Numbered from the stretch's first letter, positions 37,965 to 51,557 are shown. The stretch is 64,000 nucleotides of DNA from Octopus sinensis (GCF_006345805.1 NC_043005.1:24924001-24988000), one strand, 5' to 3'. The notes: a model not told the origin generated them from the sequence alone. Numbers and translations are program-made.

Positions 37965-40220
37965 CCCCACTTCATTTCTCAAATCCCCCTCACTGGAATG
38001 TTCAACATTCCTTCCTCCCCTTCCTCCGCTTCACCTCTCAAATCCCCCTCTCTGGAATGTTTAACATTCCTTCCTCCCCTTCCTCCCCTTCATCTCTCAA
38101 ATCCCCCTCTCTGGAATGTTCAAATGTTCAACATACACTCCTCCCCTTCCTCCCTTCACCTCCCAAATCCCCCTCTCTGGAATGTTCAACATTCCTTCCT
38201 CCCCTTCCTCCCCTTTATCTCTCAAATACCCTCTCGAATGTTCAACATTCCTTCCTCCGCTTCACCTCTCAAATCCCCCTCTCTGGAATGTTCAACATTC
38301 CTTCCTCCCCTTCCTCCGTTTCACCTCTCAAACCCCCTCTCTGGAATGTTCAACATTCCTTCCTTCCCCTCCTCCGCTTCACCTCTCAAACCCCCTCTCT
38401 GGAATGTTCAACATTCCTTCCTCCCCTTCCACCCGTTCATTTCTCAAATCCCCCTGTCTGGAATGTTCAACATTCCTTCCTCCCCTTCCTCCCCTTCACC
38501 TATCAAATCCCCCTCTATGGAATGTTTAACATTTCTTCCCTCATTTCCTGCCCTTCACTTCTCATACCCCCCTCTCGGAATATTCAACATTCCGTCCTTC
38601 CCTTGCTCCCTTTCACCTCTCATATCCACCACTCTGGAATGTTCAACATTCCTTCCTCTCCTGCCTCCCCTTCACCTCTAAAATCCCCCCTCTCTGGAAT
38701 GTTTAACATTCCTTCCTCCCCTTCCTCTCTTCACCTCTCAAATCCCCCACTCTGGAATGTTCAACATTCCTTCCTCCCATTCCTCCGCTTCACCTCTCCA
38801 ATCCCTTTCTCTGGAATGTTCAACATTCCTTCCTCCCCTTCCTCTCCTTCACCTCTCAAATCCCCCTCTCTGGAATGTTCAACATTCCTTCCTCCACTTC
38901 AAATCCTTCACCTATCAAATCCCCCTCTATGGAATGTTTAACATTTCTTCCCTCATTTCCTGCCCTTCACTTCTCATACCCCCCTCTCGGAATGTTCAAC
39001 ATTCCGTCCTTCCCTTGCTCCCTTTCACCTCTCATATCCACCACTCTGGAATGTTCAACATTCCTTCTTCCCCTGCCTCCCCATCACCTCTAAAATCCCC
39101 CTCTCTGGAATGTTTAACGTTCCTTCCTCCCCTTCCTCTCTTCCCCTTTCAAATCCCCCACTCTGGAATGTTCAACATTCCTTCCTCCCATTTCTCCGCT
39201 TCACCTCTCCAATCCCTTTCTCTGGAATGTTTAACATTCCTTCCTCCCCTTCCTCCCCCTCTCCTCTCAAATCCCCCTTTCTGGAATGTTCAACATTCCT
39301 TACTCCTCTTCTCACCTTCATCTCTCAAATCCCCCTCTTTGGAATATTCATCAATCCTTCCTCCCCTTCCTCTCTTCACCTCTGAAATCCCCCTCTCTGG
39401 AATGTTTAATATTCCTTACTCCCCTGCCTCCCCTTCACCTCTCAAATCCCCCTGTCTGGAATGTTCAACGTTCCTTCCTCCCCTTCATCTCTCAAATCCC
39501 CCTCTCTGGAATGTTCAACATTCCATCTTCCCCTTCCTCCGCTTCACCTCTCAGACCCCCCTCTCTGGAATGTTCAACATTCCTTGCTCCCCTTCCTTCC
39601 CTTCCCCTTTCAAATCCCCCTCTCTGGAATGTCCAACATTCCTTTCTCCATTTCCTCCCCTTCACCTCTCAAATCCCCCATTCTGGAATGTTCAACATTC
39701 CTTCCTCCCCTTCCTCCGCTTCACCTCCGAAATCACCCTCTCTGGAATGTTTAATATTCTTTCCTCCGTTCCTCTCCTTCCCTTCTCAAATCCCCCTCTC
39801 TGGAATGTTCAACATTTCTTCCTCACCTTCCACCCCTTCACATCGCAAATTCCCCTCTCTGGAATGTTGAACATTCCTTCTTCCCCTTCCTCTTCTCCAT
39901 TTCTCAAATCCCCCTCTCTTGAATGTTCAACATTCCTTCTTCCCCTTCACTTCTCAAATCTCCCTCTCTGGAATGTTCAACATTCCTTCCTCCCATTTCT
40001 CCCCTTCCCTTCTGAAATCCCCCTCTCTGGAATGTTCAACATTCCTTCCTCCCCTTCCTCCCCTTCAACTCTCAAATCTTCCTGTCTGGAATATTCAATA
40101 TCCCATCCTCCCCATCCTCCCCATCCCCTCTCAAATCCCTCTCTCTGGAATTTTCAACATTCCTTCATTCCATTCCTCCCCTTCCTCCCCTTCACCTCTC
40201 ACATCTCCCTCTGTGGAATG
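37965..40220. repeat. ~58-bp minisatellite, ~39 units, core palindrome GGAATGTT-C-AACATTCC
   Basis: Consensus ctctggaatgttcaacattccttcctccccttcctccccttcacctctcaaatcccc; internal 412-bp (7-unit) duplication (tatcaaat at 38501 and 38913). Confidence 0.95.
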
Positions 40221-40632
40221 AAGACAAATATTTTACGGCAAATAATATAAACCTTATTCTAAAACAATTGTTTTTCTTTGTCAAAACGACAGGATAACGT
40301 TTCTACTTATTTTTAGCTACGATTACTGGGGATGGAATTATATTCATGCGATGTAAATACGAAACTAAAATATAATAAATATGATTTTTATTCAAGAAAG
40401 CTATACGAGACCATAAATAACTATTTATATAGACTAACTGGAGCATCGTTCGCTCCAAACTTATCCTACAGTAATAGACTTATTAAATTACTAGTTACGA
40501 AAAATCGAGAAAATTTGACTCTTATATTAACTTAACAATGTGTGTATGTGTGTATGTGTGCGTAGAGAGAGAGAGAGGGGGGGGAATAGAAAGATCAAAA
40601 GAGAGGGAGGAAAAGTGAGAGAATATATATAT

Positions 40633-40862
40633 ATATATTTCTTTACTACCCACAAGGGGCTAAACATAGAGGGGATAAACAAGGACAGACAAACGGATTA
40701 AGTCGATTACATCGACCCCAGTGCGTAACTGGTACTTAATTTATCGACCCCGAAAGGATGAAAGGCAAAGTCGACCTCGGCGGAATTTGAACTCAGAACG
40801 TAACGGCAGACGAAATACGGCTACGCATTTCGCCCGGCGTGCTAACGTTTCTGCCAGCTCGC

Positions 40863-40863
<1 letters not shown>
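40633..40863 (-). mobile_element. SINE family B
   Basis: Full head and body on the minus strand. Confidence 0.9.
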
Positions 40864-40894
<31 letters not shown>

Positions 40895-41949
40895 GCATAT
40901 ATACGCACAAGATAGATACAGTCCTTATCTTCGTGCGCCCGCCTGCTACACCCGTTTCATAAGCCCCACCGTGTCATAAATTCTGCAAAATTTGAGCTTA
41001 CATCACCTAACAGTAAGTTTTTGTATCATGTCCCTTGGCCCTGTTTTATTCAGTGTTATCTTGAAAGAAATCAAGAAAGAAAACAAGAATCCTTAATATT
41101 CAATTGGTACCTGAGCAAATCCCCTCAAGAAAAACCAGACAAACCACTAAAGCTCTGTTCCAACTCGAAGGGGCGATGGTATCCCAAAACGTAAGCTAAA
41201 TGTATGTGCATATAAAAAACAAGACACGACACGAGAGAACGCTTATAAGATATTTAGTTAGTCTTTCTTACATACATTTCATTTATATAGGTAATTAATA
41301 ATTACATAATGCAGGTAAAATAACACAGACCAATAACAAAAAAAAATGATTTCTATGTCAAAGAACTTTGGACCTGAACTAAAGGTTTCTTGACACTCAA
41401 AGTCGGAAAATGTCAACCATTTATTACCATCAGGTCGAGATTTTAAGATACTGGATCCATAGTATTTCATTGTTTTATTATTATTTTCTATATTTTTTCA
41501 ATAAAATAGCGTATGAAGAACAAGCCATAACATACAAGCAAATGTAGAAATTGGTTTTTCTTCAAAACCAGAATGTTTTCTTAAAATTCTATTAAAAAAC
41601 AGAAAAGAAGCTTAAAATTTCTACAGACAGATTACATCATTGTTTATGATTAATTTCCCATGAATTTGCGTTTGGATGATTTTCTTGAGTGCTGAAACTC
41701 AGGAAGACCACGAGCTAAGTTCCAGCAATATCTCACCATCATATGCAATTCTCATCTGCCTTGATATCTTTGTTCCATAGAGTTTATTTCCTGCTGGAAA
41801 CGTTCTTCCTGCTCGTCACTTCTGATACCAAGATTCATAGAGGGGACAAACAAGGATAGACAAGGACACATAAGGGTCAGACACACTCTTACAATAGATT
41901 AAGCACGAATGACTTTATGGATATGAATGCCGAATGATATAAAGATAAA

Positions 41950-42925
41950 AATTAAGATGTTAAATTATTACTATTTATAGGGTTCGGGTTAGTGAACTAA
42001 CCCGCCAGTTGATTTCCTTTTGGTAATCTTTTCTGTTCCTTTATGCTCGGATCGACCGTGTCAGCACGGCTCCTTGCATTCTCATCTTTCTTACTACTTC
42101 CGTCCATCTTTTTCCAAATACTCTTTGCGGCAAGCTCCTCCTCTCCAGACAGATCTTGCTGGAAACATGGGCGGCGAAGTATTCCATCAGCCCACGTCCG
42201 GAGATGAATTGGTCTGTCGCAATCCCTTTCACTCGCGTCTTCCATACCACGCCTTTCAATATGGTTATTACGCAGAGAAATACTGCTTTCTTTTCTTTGG
42301 AGAACGAGGAAGGTGGTACAATCTTAATCATGGACTCAGTCGAGAACCGTACTCTTTCTACATCTGACATCAGCTGTTCGGCATAGGCCATCAACTCCCT
42401 CAATTCCTCACACTGTACGAAGGCGTGCGTGACTGTTTCACTGGCACCTCGGACACGTGGGGGAGCTGTCATGACCATGCTTTGACAAACTTTCCCGAAC
42501 CGGTAAGGCCGATCGGTAGCACAACCAGGTCAAGGATTTCTGGTAATTATCCAGAAATTTCGACCCGAAGGTCCTTCCGAACAGGCTGGCTAGCTGCCTC
42601 TTATCGAAGCCAAGAGTCTCCCCCAGGACATCGTCGGACGTATGTTCTACCAACCCGCTATAAAATTCCACTGTGGTAACCCTGCTGTCAGCGTTGCTCA
42701 CTCGAGAGAAGAGGGAAAGCGCTTGTTTGCACTCCTGCCATTCCCCCAACTTGGGTCTCTGCTTGATCCATGCACCTAAGTCCACCAGGGATTTTAACTT
42801 TGGAAAGAGTTGTTCGGCATGCGCCGACCACACCTGCTCACCATCCAGGTAGCACCGGAGATGTCTCAGCCTCAGCGCGTACTTGCGCATCATTAGCCAG
42901 TGCATTCCCAGCCCACCCTTTAACG
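41950..42925 (-). mobile_element. 5'-truncated L1/Tx1-like LINE (ORF2 C-terminus, frameshifted)
   Basis: LTWLCYRSALPVRESL...TCPRCQ...ETVTHAFVQC is the zf-RVT-type CCHC motif of L1/Tx1 ORF2, split across ORFs 42438-42947 and 42041-42478. Confidence 0.8.
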
Positions 42926-43030
42926 AGTTTATTTCAGATATTCTCATTTAAAAAATCATCTCTGGCTAATCGTTGGGAGGACGTTGGTGTTGCCTTGGCG
43001 GAGCTTTGCGCTCTCTGAGTCCTCTTGTTT
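42925..43030 (+). mobile_element. 3' fragment of the HINE-like element
   Basis: Matches ~23730-23830 (tcagatattctcatt...gccttggcggag...ctctgagt). Confidence 0.75.
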
Positions 43031-43199
43031 TATTTCATTTTTGTCCTTGACAGCTCGGATATAGTTTTGAATATTTTGAGGAAAAAAAGACACATTTATT
43101 CTAATTTTTTTTTATCTCTCTACCATTCAGTTTCACAAAAATTTATAGCACACACTCTTAAATGGATAGTTGCATGCACATCTTCATGCGTGTATGCAT

Positions 43200-43358
43200 A
43201 CATACATATACACGTTTATACATACATACGTATACATTCATGCACGCGTAACATACATTCATAGATGATAGTATGCATGTACTCATACACACATACACAC
43301 ATAGACGTTTGCATACAAACATTTATACATACAGACATGCATGCATACATACATACAT

Positions 43359-43389
<31 letters not shown>

Positions 43390-44575
43390 CACACACACAT
43401 ACAAACATACAATACATATATATATACAATAATACACACACACATATATATGCATACGTACACACACGTACATACATTACACATATACATGGGTACATAC
43501 ATATAAACATATATACACGCATTCATACATACAAACGTAATACATATTTACACACATACATAATACATATATATACATACATACACACATACACACATAC
43601 ATACGGACGTATGCATACATACAAACATACATACATACACATATACATACATTCATACAAACAAACATACATACATGCATGTATACATATATTACATGCA
43701 CTCACACATACATCCATACATACACACATATACATACATACAAACATACGTACATACATACATACACTCATACATACATGCATGCATACATACACACACG
43801 TACAAACTTACACACATGCATATATACATACATACACAAACACTACATACTTACACACATATACATGCATGCATACATACACACATACATACATGCATAC
43901 ATGCATACATATATATGTATATATATGTATGTATGTGTATAAGTTTGTGTGTCTGTGTTTGTCCCCCAACATCGCTTGACAACCGATGCTGGTGTGTTTA
44001 CGTCCCCGTCCCTTAGCGGTTCGGCAAAAGAAACCGATAGAATTAGTACTAGGCTTACAAAGAATAAGTCCTGGGGTCGATTTGCTCAACTAAAGGCGGT
44101 GCTCCTGCATGGCCACATGCATACATATATGCATGCATATATGCATACATGCATACATACATACATACATACGTACTTGCATGCATACATACATACACAC
44201 ACGTACAAACTTACACACATATACATATATGCATGCATACATACATACATACACGTACATACTTACACACATATATATACATGCATACATACACATATGC
44301 ATACATGCATACATACATTCATTCATGCATGCATGCATACATACATACATGCATACATACATACATGCATACATACATACATACATACATACATACATAC
44401 ATGCATGCATACATACATACATACATGCATACATACATACATACACACACGCACATACACACATACATGCATGCATACATACAAACATACATGCATATAT
44501 ACATACATACATACACACACATAATTCATATATGCATACATACATAATACATGCATACATACATACATACATACA

Positions 44576-44605
<30 letters not shown>
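43200..44605. repeat. (TACA)n/(CA)n tracts interrupted by a 3' half of SINE family A (43930-44115)
   Basis: Direct inspection. Confidence 0.9.
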
Positions 44606-44608
<3 letters not shown>

Positions 44609-44694
44609 TGTGTACATTTATAAGGCAGCTGGTCTGTAGTATTCTGCGTCGATTTAAAACTATTTCAATGCTTCCGAAAGTATTTCTTTTTGCA

Positions 44695-44885
44695 AATTTC
44701 TACAAATACAGTTGTCTGCTACAACAAATGCACCTGGCTTCTACAAGTACAAGTACAATTAGATTTTACAAGTACAGATGGTTTTAGCAAATACAGCTGT
44801 ATTTTACAAGTGTAGCTCGTTTCTACAAGCGCAACGGTATTTTACAAGCAACTTGCTTTTAAAAGTGCAACTGGTTTCTACATCT
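44695..44885. repeat. Degenerate ~19-bp minisatellite (~10 units)
   Basis: Units such as ttttacaagtgtagctcgt, ttctacaagcgcaacggta, ttttaaaagtgcaactggt. Confidence 0.7.
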
Positions 44886-45134
44886 ATGAAAAAGTTTGAA
44901 AAATAATCTATGTGCAACCGTCATTAGCTACTGCTAGAATATAAATCGATACCCAATCAGGAAGAGTTAGAAAACAAGAGATACAAGCAGGAGAATGCAT
45001 TATAAAATGAATGGAGAAGTATAATGGGGTGGAATGAAATTTTATATGGATACTAGTCAGAAAGGCCGGTACGGGTCAATATATGCATTTTAACTGCTTT
45101 TTTCGGTCTTTGTTTCCAGTCTAAATATTAGCTT

Positions 45135-45550
45135 AGGAGTGGCTGTGTGGTAAGTAGCTTGCTTACCAACCACATGTTTCCGGGTTCAGTCCCACTGCGT
45201 GGCACCTTGGGCAAATGTCTTCTACTATTGCCTCGGGCCGACCAAAGCCTTATGAGTGGATTTGGTTGACGGAAACTGAAAGAAGCCCGTCGTATATATG
45301 TATATATATATATGTATGTATGTATGAGTATAAGTTTGTGTGTCTGTGTTTGTCCCCCACCCATCATCGCTTGACAACCGATGCTCGTGTGTTTACGCCC
45401 CCGTCACTTAGCAGTTCGGCAAAAGAGACCAATAGAATAAGTACTATGCTTACAAAGAATAAGTTTTGGGGGTCGATCTGCTCGACTAAAGACGGTGCTC
45501 CAGCATGGCCACAGTGAAATGACTGAAACAAGCAAAAGAGTAAAGAGTAA
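45135..45550 (+). mobile_element. SINE family A
   Basis: Full-length copy. Confidence 0.9.
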
Positions 45551-46462
45551 AGAAAGAGAGTAATATGATAAACCGCGACCATAACAGCTACGCTGATAAC
45601 AATAGCAACAACATCAACAATAATAATAAACTTCAAAATGTGAATAAATAAATAAATAAATAAACAAAACCGAATGTATGCCATCTGTATACCAGTATAA
45701 TTTAAAATATTTTGTCTAAACGTGTGGGCATTCCAAATATGTGATAAAGGCAGCCTTTGCACCTGTAGTATTAGGTCACGTCTGGATTTGTGCCTGGCTG
45801 TATATAGATACGTATATACGGTGGACTTAATTTTGCTAAATTATAGCAAAGGGGCATTGAAAATGTTAAAGAAGTGGGTAATACTTAAAAAAAGTTTAAG
45901 AGGCACTGATCTGCATGGACACAACACTGGTGTAAAATCTACAAGGAACAACTAGCTGTTACAACTGGCGTTTACATGCAGACTAACTTGGAAATGCTCC
46001 GCACACAGACATATCACACGTTTGAATAGGTCTAGATAGGTTTTAACCTTTAAAGTACGGAACAAATTTATTCAGCAAGCTTTATCAGAATTTTCTTCCC
46101 AAAAGAATAAATTGAGCAAATTTTACATGAAAATTAATTAAAAATTAATACAATTTATAAATTAATATTGAAATCTTTCACTATAACGATATTAATTAAA
46201 TCAATATTTAATCTTTTCATTCGGTGATTATGTTAAATATGGAAAAAAATGCAGACATAGCAGCATATGGAAACTAAATTTAATTGGGGAAAATCTGATT
46301 ACATATTTAGGCTCAGTTTACAAGAATACACCCAGAACATCCGCCAAAACATTTGTGACAAAATGGAATTCTCTAGTATTATTAATGCACTAAAAGGTGG
46401 GTTTTTAGATAATGTAAACATGGTAGACGGAAACTGAAAGAAGCTCGTCGTATGTATATATA

Positions 46463-48343
46463 CACTCAGAGTTACCCGGCGTTGCCCGTGTTACATACAA
46501 TTGAAGAATTAGACTTTTCTGTTATATTTTCTGTAATGAACTGGAATACCTATGCTTCGAATTTCATAAAAATTGCAGATGCGGGTTATTTCCCTCTTTA
46601 CACACCCTAAAAAATTGTAATCGTGCCACATGTATCCCATACTACTGATTTTTATGCGCATGTTCCAAAATTCCAGTCTTATAGAACCTGTTAAAGGATT
46701 TTGCTCCTGGAAAATGGAGGTCATGGAGCTCTAAAATGTGAGGTGGATGTCTTAATGTCAACCAGAGAAGTTGAATTGTTGAGAATCTTTTTAACTTGGG
46801 TCTTATATCTATTGTTTGAATTTCTTTGAAATAGGAAATATATGTTCACTGGGTTTGTAAAAGCGAGCAAAGCTACAGGAAACCAAAAGACGAATGATAA
46901 CAATATGCAGTCAGCTACAGTACACCCAATGTAGTATTCCTCCCCGTGCAGGTGACAGGCACAGCCGTAAGATGCATTACGAATCTATAGCAATTGGAAG
47001 GGCGTAACCCAACTGAAATAAACATTAACAACTGTGTGACGTGAGGGCTAAGGAGAAATGAAAGTTGGAGTTTGCAAATGACCACTATACCGATACGTAA
47101 CTGGACAGAATAAAATTACAATCTATAAATGCTTTTGAATAACTAGTCACTCATCTGGGAAGGCCTTGAAATCAATGTTACCATCTGGGGACTATGTGTG
47201 ATCCAGTGATAGTAAAAAGACTGAAAGGAGGTCTGCAATCAAATAACTTTACTCAACACTTTGCAACTGAATCAGTGGAGACAAAGATGCCTCTCATTTA
47301 CTTGACAATTTATGCAGCACATTGCAGAAATCACAATCTAAGTGTATGTCAAAGCAAACTCTTACACTGTTGTACCATTGAATTACAATTACACATGTGT
47401 TTTGGAACGAAGTTTGTTACCAAACAGCCACACCTGTACCAACGTGTGTGTGTGTATGTGTATGTGTGTATGCGTGTATATATGTATGCATGTATATATG
47501 TGGACATATTACATGTACATCTCTCTCTCTCCATATATATATATATATATATATATACATCTACACATATACATGAACACATATACATCTATATGTATAG
47601 AAATAAATGTAGACATATACAGCAATACATATACATCCATATATATCCATGTATATATATATATATTTATATGTATATATATATATACATGTATATACAT
47701 CTATATATTTTAATCTTCGGATTCTTTCTTTAATATGCTAGACCACTGGTTCTAATTGATAAATATCAATTTTTACCCTAAATTTAATGTTATATATATA
47801 TATATATATAATATATATATATATTATATATATATATTTATATGTATATATATATATATATATTATATATATATATTATATATATATATAATATATATAT
47901 TATATATATATATAAATATTCATACATGTAAATTGAAATTTAAAATAATAAGGGTGAAAAATTGAATATTAATTTGATTAATATCAGTTTAAAACCAGTG
48001 GTGTAGCATATTGAAAAGTCTGAAATTTCCGAAAAAATTATATTACTTACATATAAGAGGGGTGTTCACTTTCATTTTATGCCTCTTTTATAATAGTTTC
48101 ACTATTAAAGTGAAAGCATTTGACATTACAATAGAGAGATGTTTTTGTTTCACTTTTGACACGTAATACTGAAATAGTTGAGGAGATATGATATTGCTGC
48201 GGGCTCGCCCTAGGCAAGAAGTTAAAAATTGTTTTGCCCATGACACTACATGGACCCTAAGTAAGGCACGTGTAACATTTGAATGAAATTAGTTGTGTAG
48301 TTCTCAAGTTTTAGGGATTCACACAGACAAACAGACACACATT

Positions 48344-48355
<12 letters not shown>
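46463..48355 (+). mobile_element. Possible Helitron-like non-autonomous element (ends only recognised)
   Basis: 5' agttacccggcgttgcccg at ~46470 and 3' acagacaaacagacac...tttatatatata at ~48320-48360 resemble Helitron-derived elements. Continuity between the ends is not shown. Confidence 0.35.
47732..48012. mobile_element. MITE-like inverted repeat enclosing a (TA)n tract
   Basis: aatatgctagaccactggttct.. / ..aaaaccagtggtgtagcatatt; similarity continues inward to tttttaccct / agggtgaaaaa. Confidence 0.7.
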
Positions 48356-48417
<62 letters not shown>

Positions 48418-48600
48418 TAATATATATATTATATATTATATATATACATATATGTATTTGTAAATATATTATATAAATATATATATTATATATATATATA
48501 TATATAATATATATATATTATATGAATAAAATTAAATGAAATAGCTCAAATAATATAGAATCTTCTATTTAAAAAATACACTGAAACGGGTAACCTAGTA

Positions 48601-49746
48601 TATAAACCCGATACAATAAATAGAAATGGTAAACAGGTCAGAAATAAGTATAAAACGATTAAGCTAGATACAATAAATATAAATAATAACATAAAGATCT
48701 CTCCCAGAGATAAAAAACTTAATAAATATAAATATTAGACTAAAGAGAATAACGAATCTCTAAAGTATATAGATAACAGTAATCTTTCCCACCCTTACTC
48801 AAATAAAAAATTCAAGACAAAAAAATGTTGTTTGGTTAAATGTTCCCTTCAACTCATCAAACTCTACGAACATATACGGCAAATTTATGTCCATACTAGA
48901 AAAAACTTCCCTGCTTCCCATAAATATTATAAAATAATTTCTAGTAAATCAGTAAGAGAACCATACTCTACTCTTCCAAATATGGGTACCATTATAGCTA
49001 GACTAAATAGAAAAAATATTAAGTTAGCTAGAAATGGAATAAATAGTAACAACAACAACAACAATAATAATAATAATGATAACAATGATAATAATGATAA
49101 CATTAATATAAACAATAATAATAATATCAATAATATAAATGATAAAAATAAAAATGTGGAAAGTGAGGAAATTAGGGAAAGATTAGTATCAAACAACGCT
49201 AACTTACATAACAATATAATTATAGATAAGAGAAATAACACTAATGCTAACAATAGCTCTAGTAATGAAAATGAAAACAGCTTGTTCCTAAATAATACTA
49301 ATATCAGGAATCATCACCCCAGTTGTAATTGTAGAATTAGATCAAAATGTCCAGTATCTGGTCGTTGTCTGGTTCAAAATGTGATTTATAAATGTAGAAT
49401 AATGACTTTAAATAATAGCTATTTTTATTTAGGTTGTTCAATAGACCTAAAGAAACGTTTAAACAATCATTTTTCTTCTTTTAGACTTAAACATAAAGCG
49501 GTTTGCACAACCATGTCCAATAAAATTTGGGAACTGAAAGAAAAAAATATCGAATTTAACCTAAAATGGGATGTAATAAGAAAGGCACAGCCTTATAAAA
49601 ATAGTAGGGATGGATGTGAAATTTGTTCTATGGAGATATATGAAATTTTGAAACATAGGAATGATACAAACTTATTGAATAACCTTTCCGAACTGGGAGT
49701 ATCCTGTATACATTGTGCCACCCGTACGTTTAAGTATTTTAAATAA
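48601..49746 (+). mobile_element. 5'-truncated Penelope-like element: post-RT linker, Zn knuckle and GIY-YIG endonuclease
   Basis: ORF 48832-49746: HPYS-like motif just upstream in frame, FPASHKYYKI..PYSTLPNM, CNC..CPVSGRCL, VIY..YLG, KRLNNH..F, CEIC..E, LLN..SE..CIH. The same frame continues up to ~48601 with one stop. Confidence 0.85.
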
Positions 49747-50594
49747 TAACACTCTGACCATTCCTAAATTTTCAAATCTTAATATTTTGTAACCAAATAA
49801 GGAATTAATATACCATACTAGCTTTTATTTAACCTGCATAGATTACCAAGAAATTTCATTATATAAATAAATTTGAATATAATGAAATTAGAATTTTTTG
49901 ATACTCTCCTATATGGGATTGCAAAAAATTCTATATATCTAGGGAAATTACTTGGTTCATCTTGATTACCCCCTTCCATTACTTTTTAATATATGTTATT
50001 GACTCCTGATATAAGTGCTAAATTGATAAATTTTTTTTCCACAGTTAGTAAATATTATGTCTAACATATTCTTTTAATTCAACTCATTAATAAAATAAAT
50101 CACCATTTACTAGCTAATTATGATTCTATATTAATAGAAATGGATATATATATATATATATATATAAAAATATGAAATGATTTCTATATTTTCTATCCCT
50201 ATATAAGATACTAATATTTATTGAAATCCTTTAGAAAATTATCTAAAGGATATTTACTTAAAATTCTTACTATTGAATTTGGCTGTTAAATGGTAAGGGA
50301 CATTGAAAACCTCTAGAGCATTAGTAGTCTCTATTCTCCCTACCCCACTAACTTCAGCCTACTAGCTTTTTGCTATAATACATTCAAATATATCTAAGAT
50401 GAATTCCTCAAAATGAGGACGGGTTTATGGTTTTGACATCTGTACTACCCCTTCCTCTATCTATAAATAGAAAAAATTCAAATAATAAGAAATATAAACC
50501 GTTACAAGTTAGAATAAACAGAAAACGATGTTTTATGGGGTGTTTACTTCTAATTTGTGTGTATATATATATCTTTTATTTTTTCTTCTCCTTA

Positions 50595-50776
50595 TTTCAG
50601 TCATTTGATTGCGGCCATGCTTGAGCACCGCCTTTAGTCGATCAAATCGACCCCACGACTTTGTAAGCCTAGTACTTATTCTATCGGTCTCTTTTGCCGA
50701 ACCATTAAGTTACGGGGACGTAAACACACCAGCATCAGTTGTCAAGGATGGTGGGGGGACAAACAGACACAAACAT

Positions 50777-50807
<31 letters not shown>

Positions 50808-50925
50808 TATATATGTATAGATATATATATGACGGGCTTCTTTCAGTTTCCGTCTACCAAATCCACTCACATGGCTTTGGTTGGCTCGAGGCTATAGTAG
50901 ATGACACTTGCCCAAGATGCCACGT
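50595..50925 (-). mobile_element. SINE family A (head truncated)
   Basis: Reverse complement of the family A body; another partial copy (+) at ~50940-51070. Confidence 0.8.
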
Positions 50926-51344
50926 ATGTATGTATCTGTGTCTGTGTGTCTTTGTGTAGATGTTTGTCCCTCATCGCCGCACGACAACCGGTATTGGTTT
51001 GTTTACATCCCTGTAACTTAGCAGTTCGACAAAAGAAACCGATAGAATAAGTACCAGGCTTAAAGAAATAAAAATAACCATTGGAGGTCGCTGTCCAATG
51101 AGTGAAAGAAGTAAAAGAAAAAAGAAAAATGCAATAAAGACCACAAAAACAACATCAACAGCAACAACTGAAACTACAAGATTAAGAAAAACAACAAATG
51201 TCAAGATTAGCAATAACAACACAATGAACGACCAAGAAGAAGAAGGAGAAGAACAACAACAAGAACAATAAGAACAATAAGACGGAAAAGTGCAGCAACA
51301 AAAAAAGCCGTAAATAAAAGAATCTTTTAAAATGGTTTCCAGGA

Positions 51345-51505
51345 AATACTGATTTCTAATTTTGGCACATCGACCCCCAGTGAATAATGTCTACTTATTT
51401 TATCGACCTCGAAGGGATAGAAAGCAAAGATGACCTCGACGCTATTTGAACCCAGAACATAAAGACGGACGAAATGCCGCTAAGCATTTAACCCGGCGTG
51501 CTAAC
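51345..51505 (-). mobile_element. SINE family B, partial
   Basis: Minus-strand head and body. Confidence 0.7.
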
Positions 51506-51526
51506 GATTCTGCCAGCTTTATGCCT

Positions 51527-51557
<31 letters not shown>

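Noticed and set aside
37965-40220. CRISPR-like look: regularly spaced palindromic repeat
   Set aside because: The intervening sequences are variants of one pyrimidine tract, not unique spacers. No cas genes, and the context is eukaryotic.
37958-40250. Long Ser/Pro-rich ORFs (up to 497 aa)
   Set aside because: Several frames are open only because the C/T-rich minisatellite strand has few stop codons. No splice or domain evidence.
50380-50430. TCCTC-AAAAT-GAGGA hairpin after the Penelope ORF as a pLTR hammerhead
   Set aside because: Neither CUGANGA nor GAAA is correctly placed.
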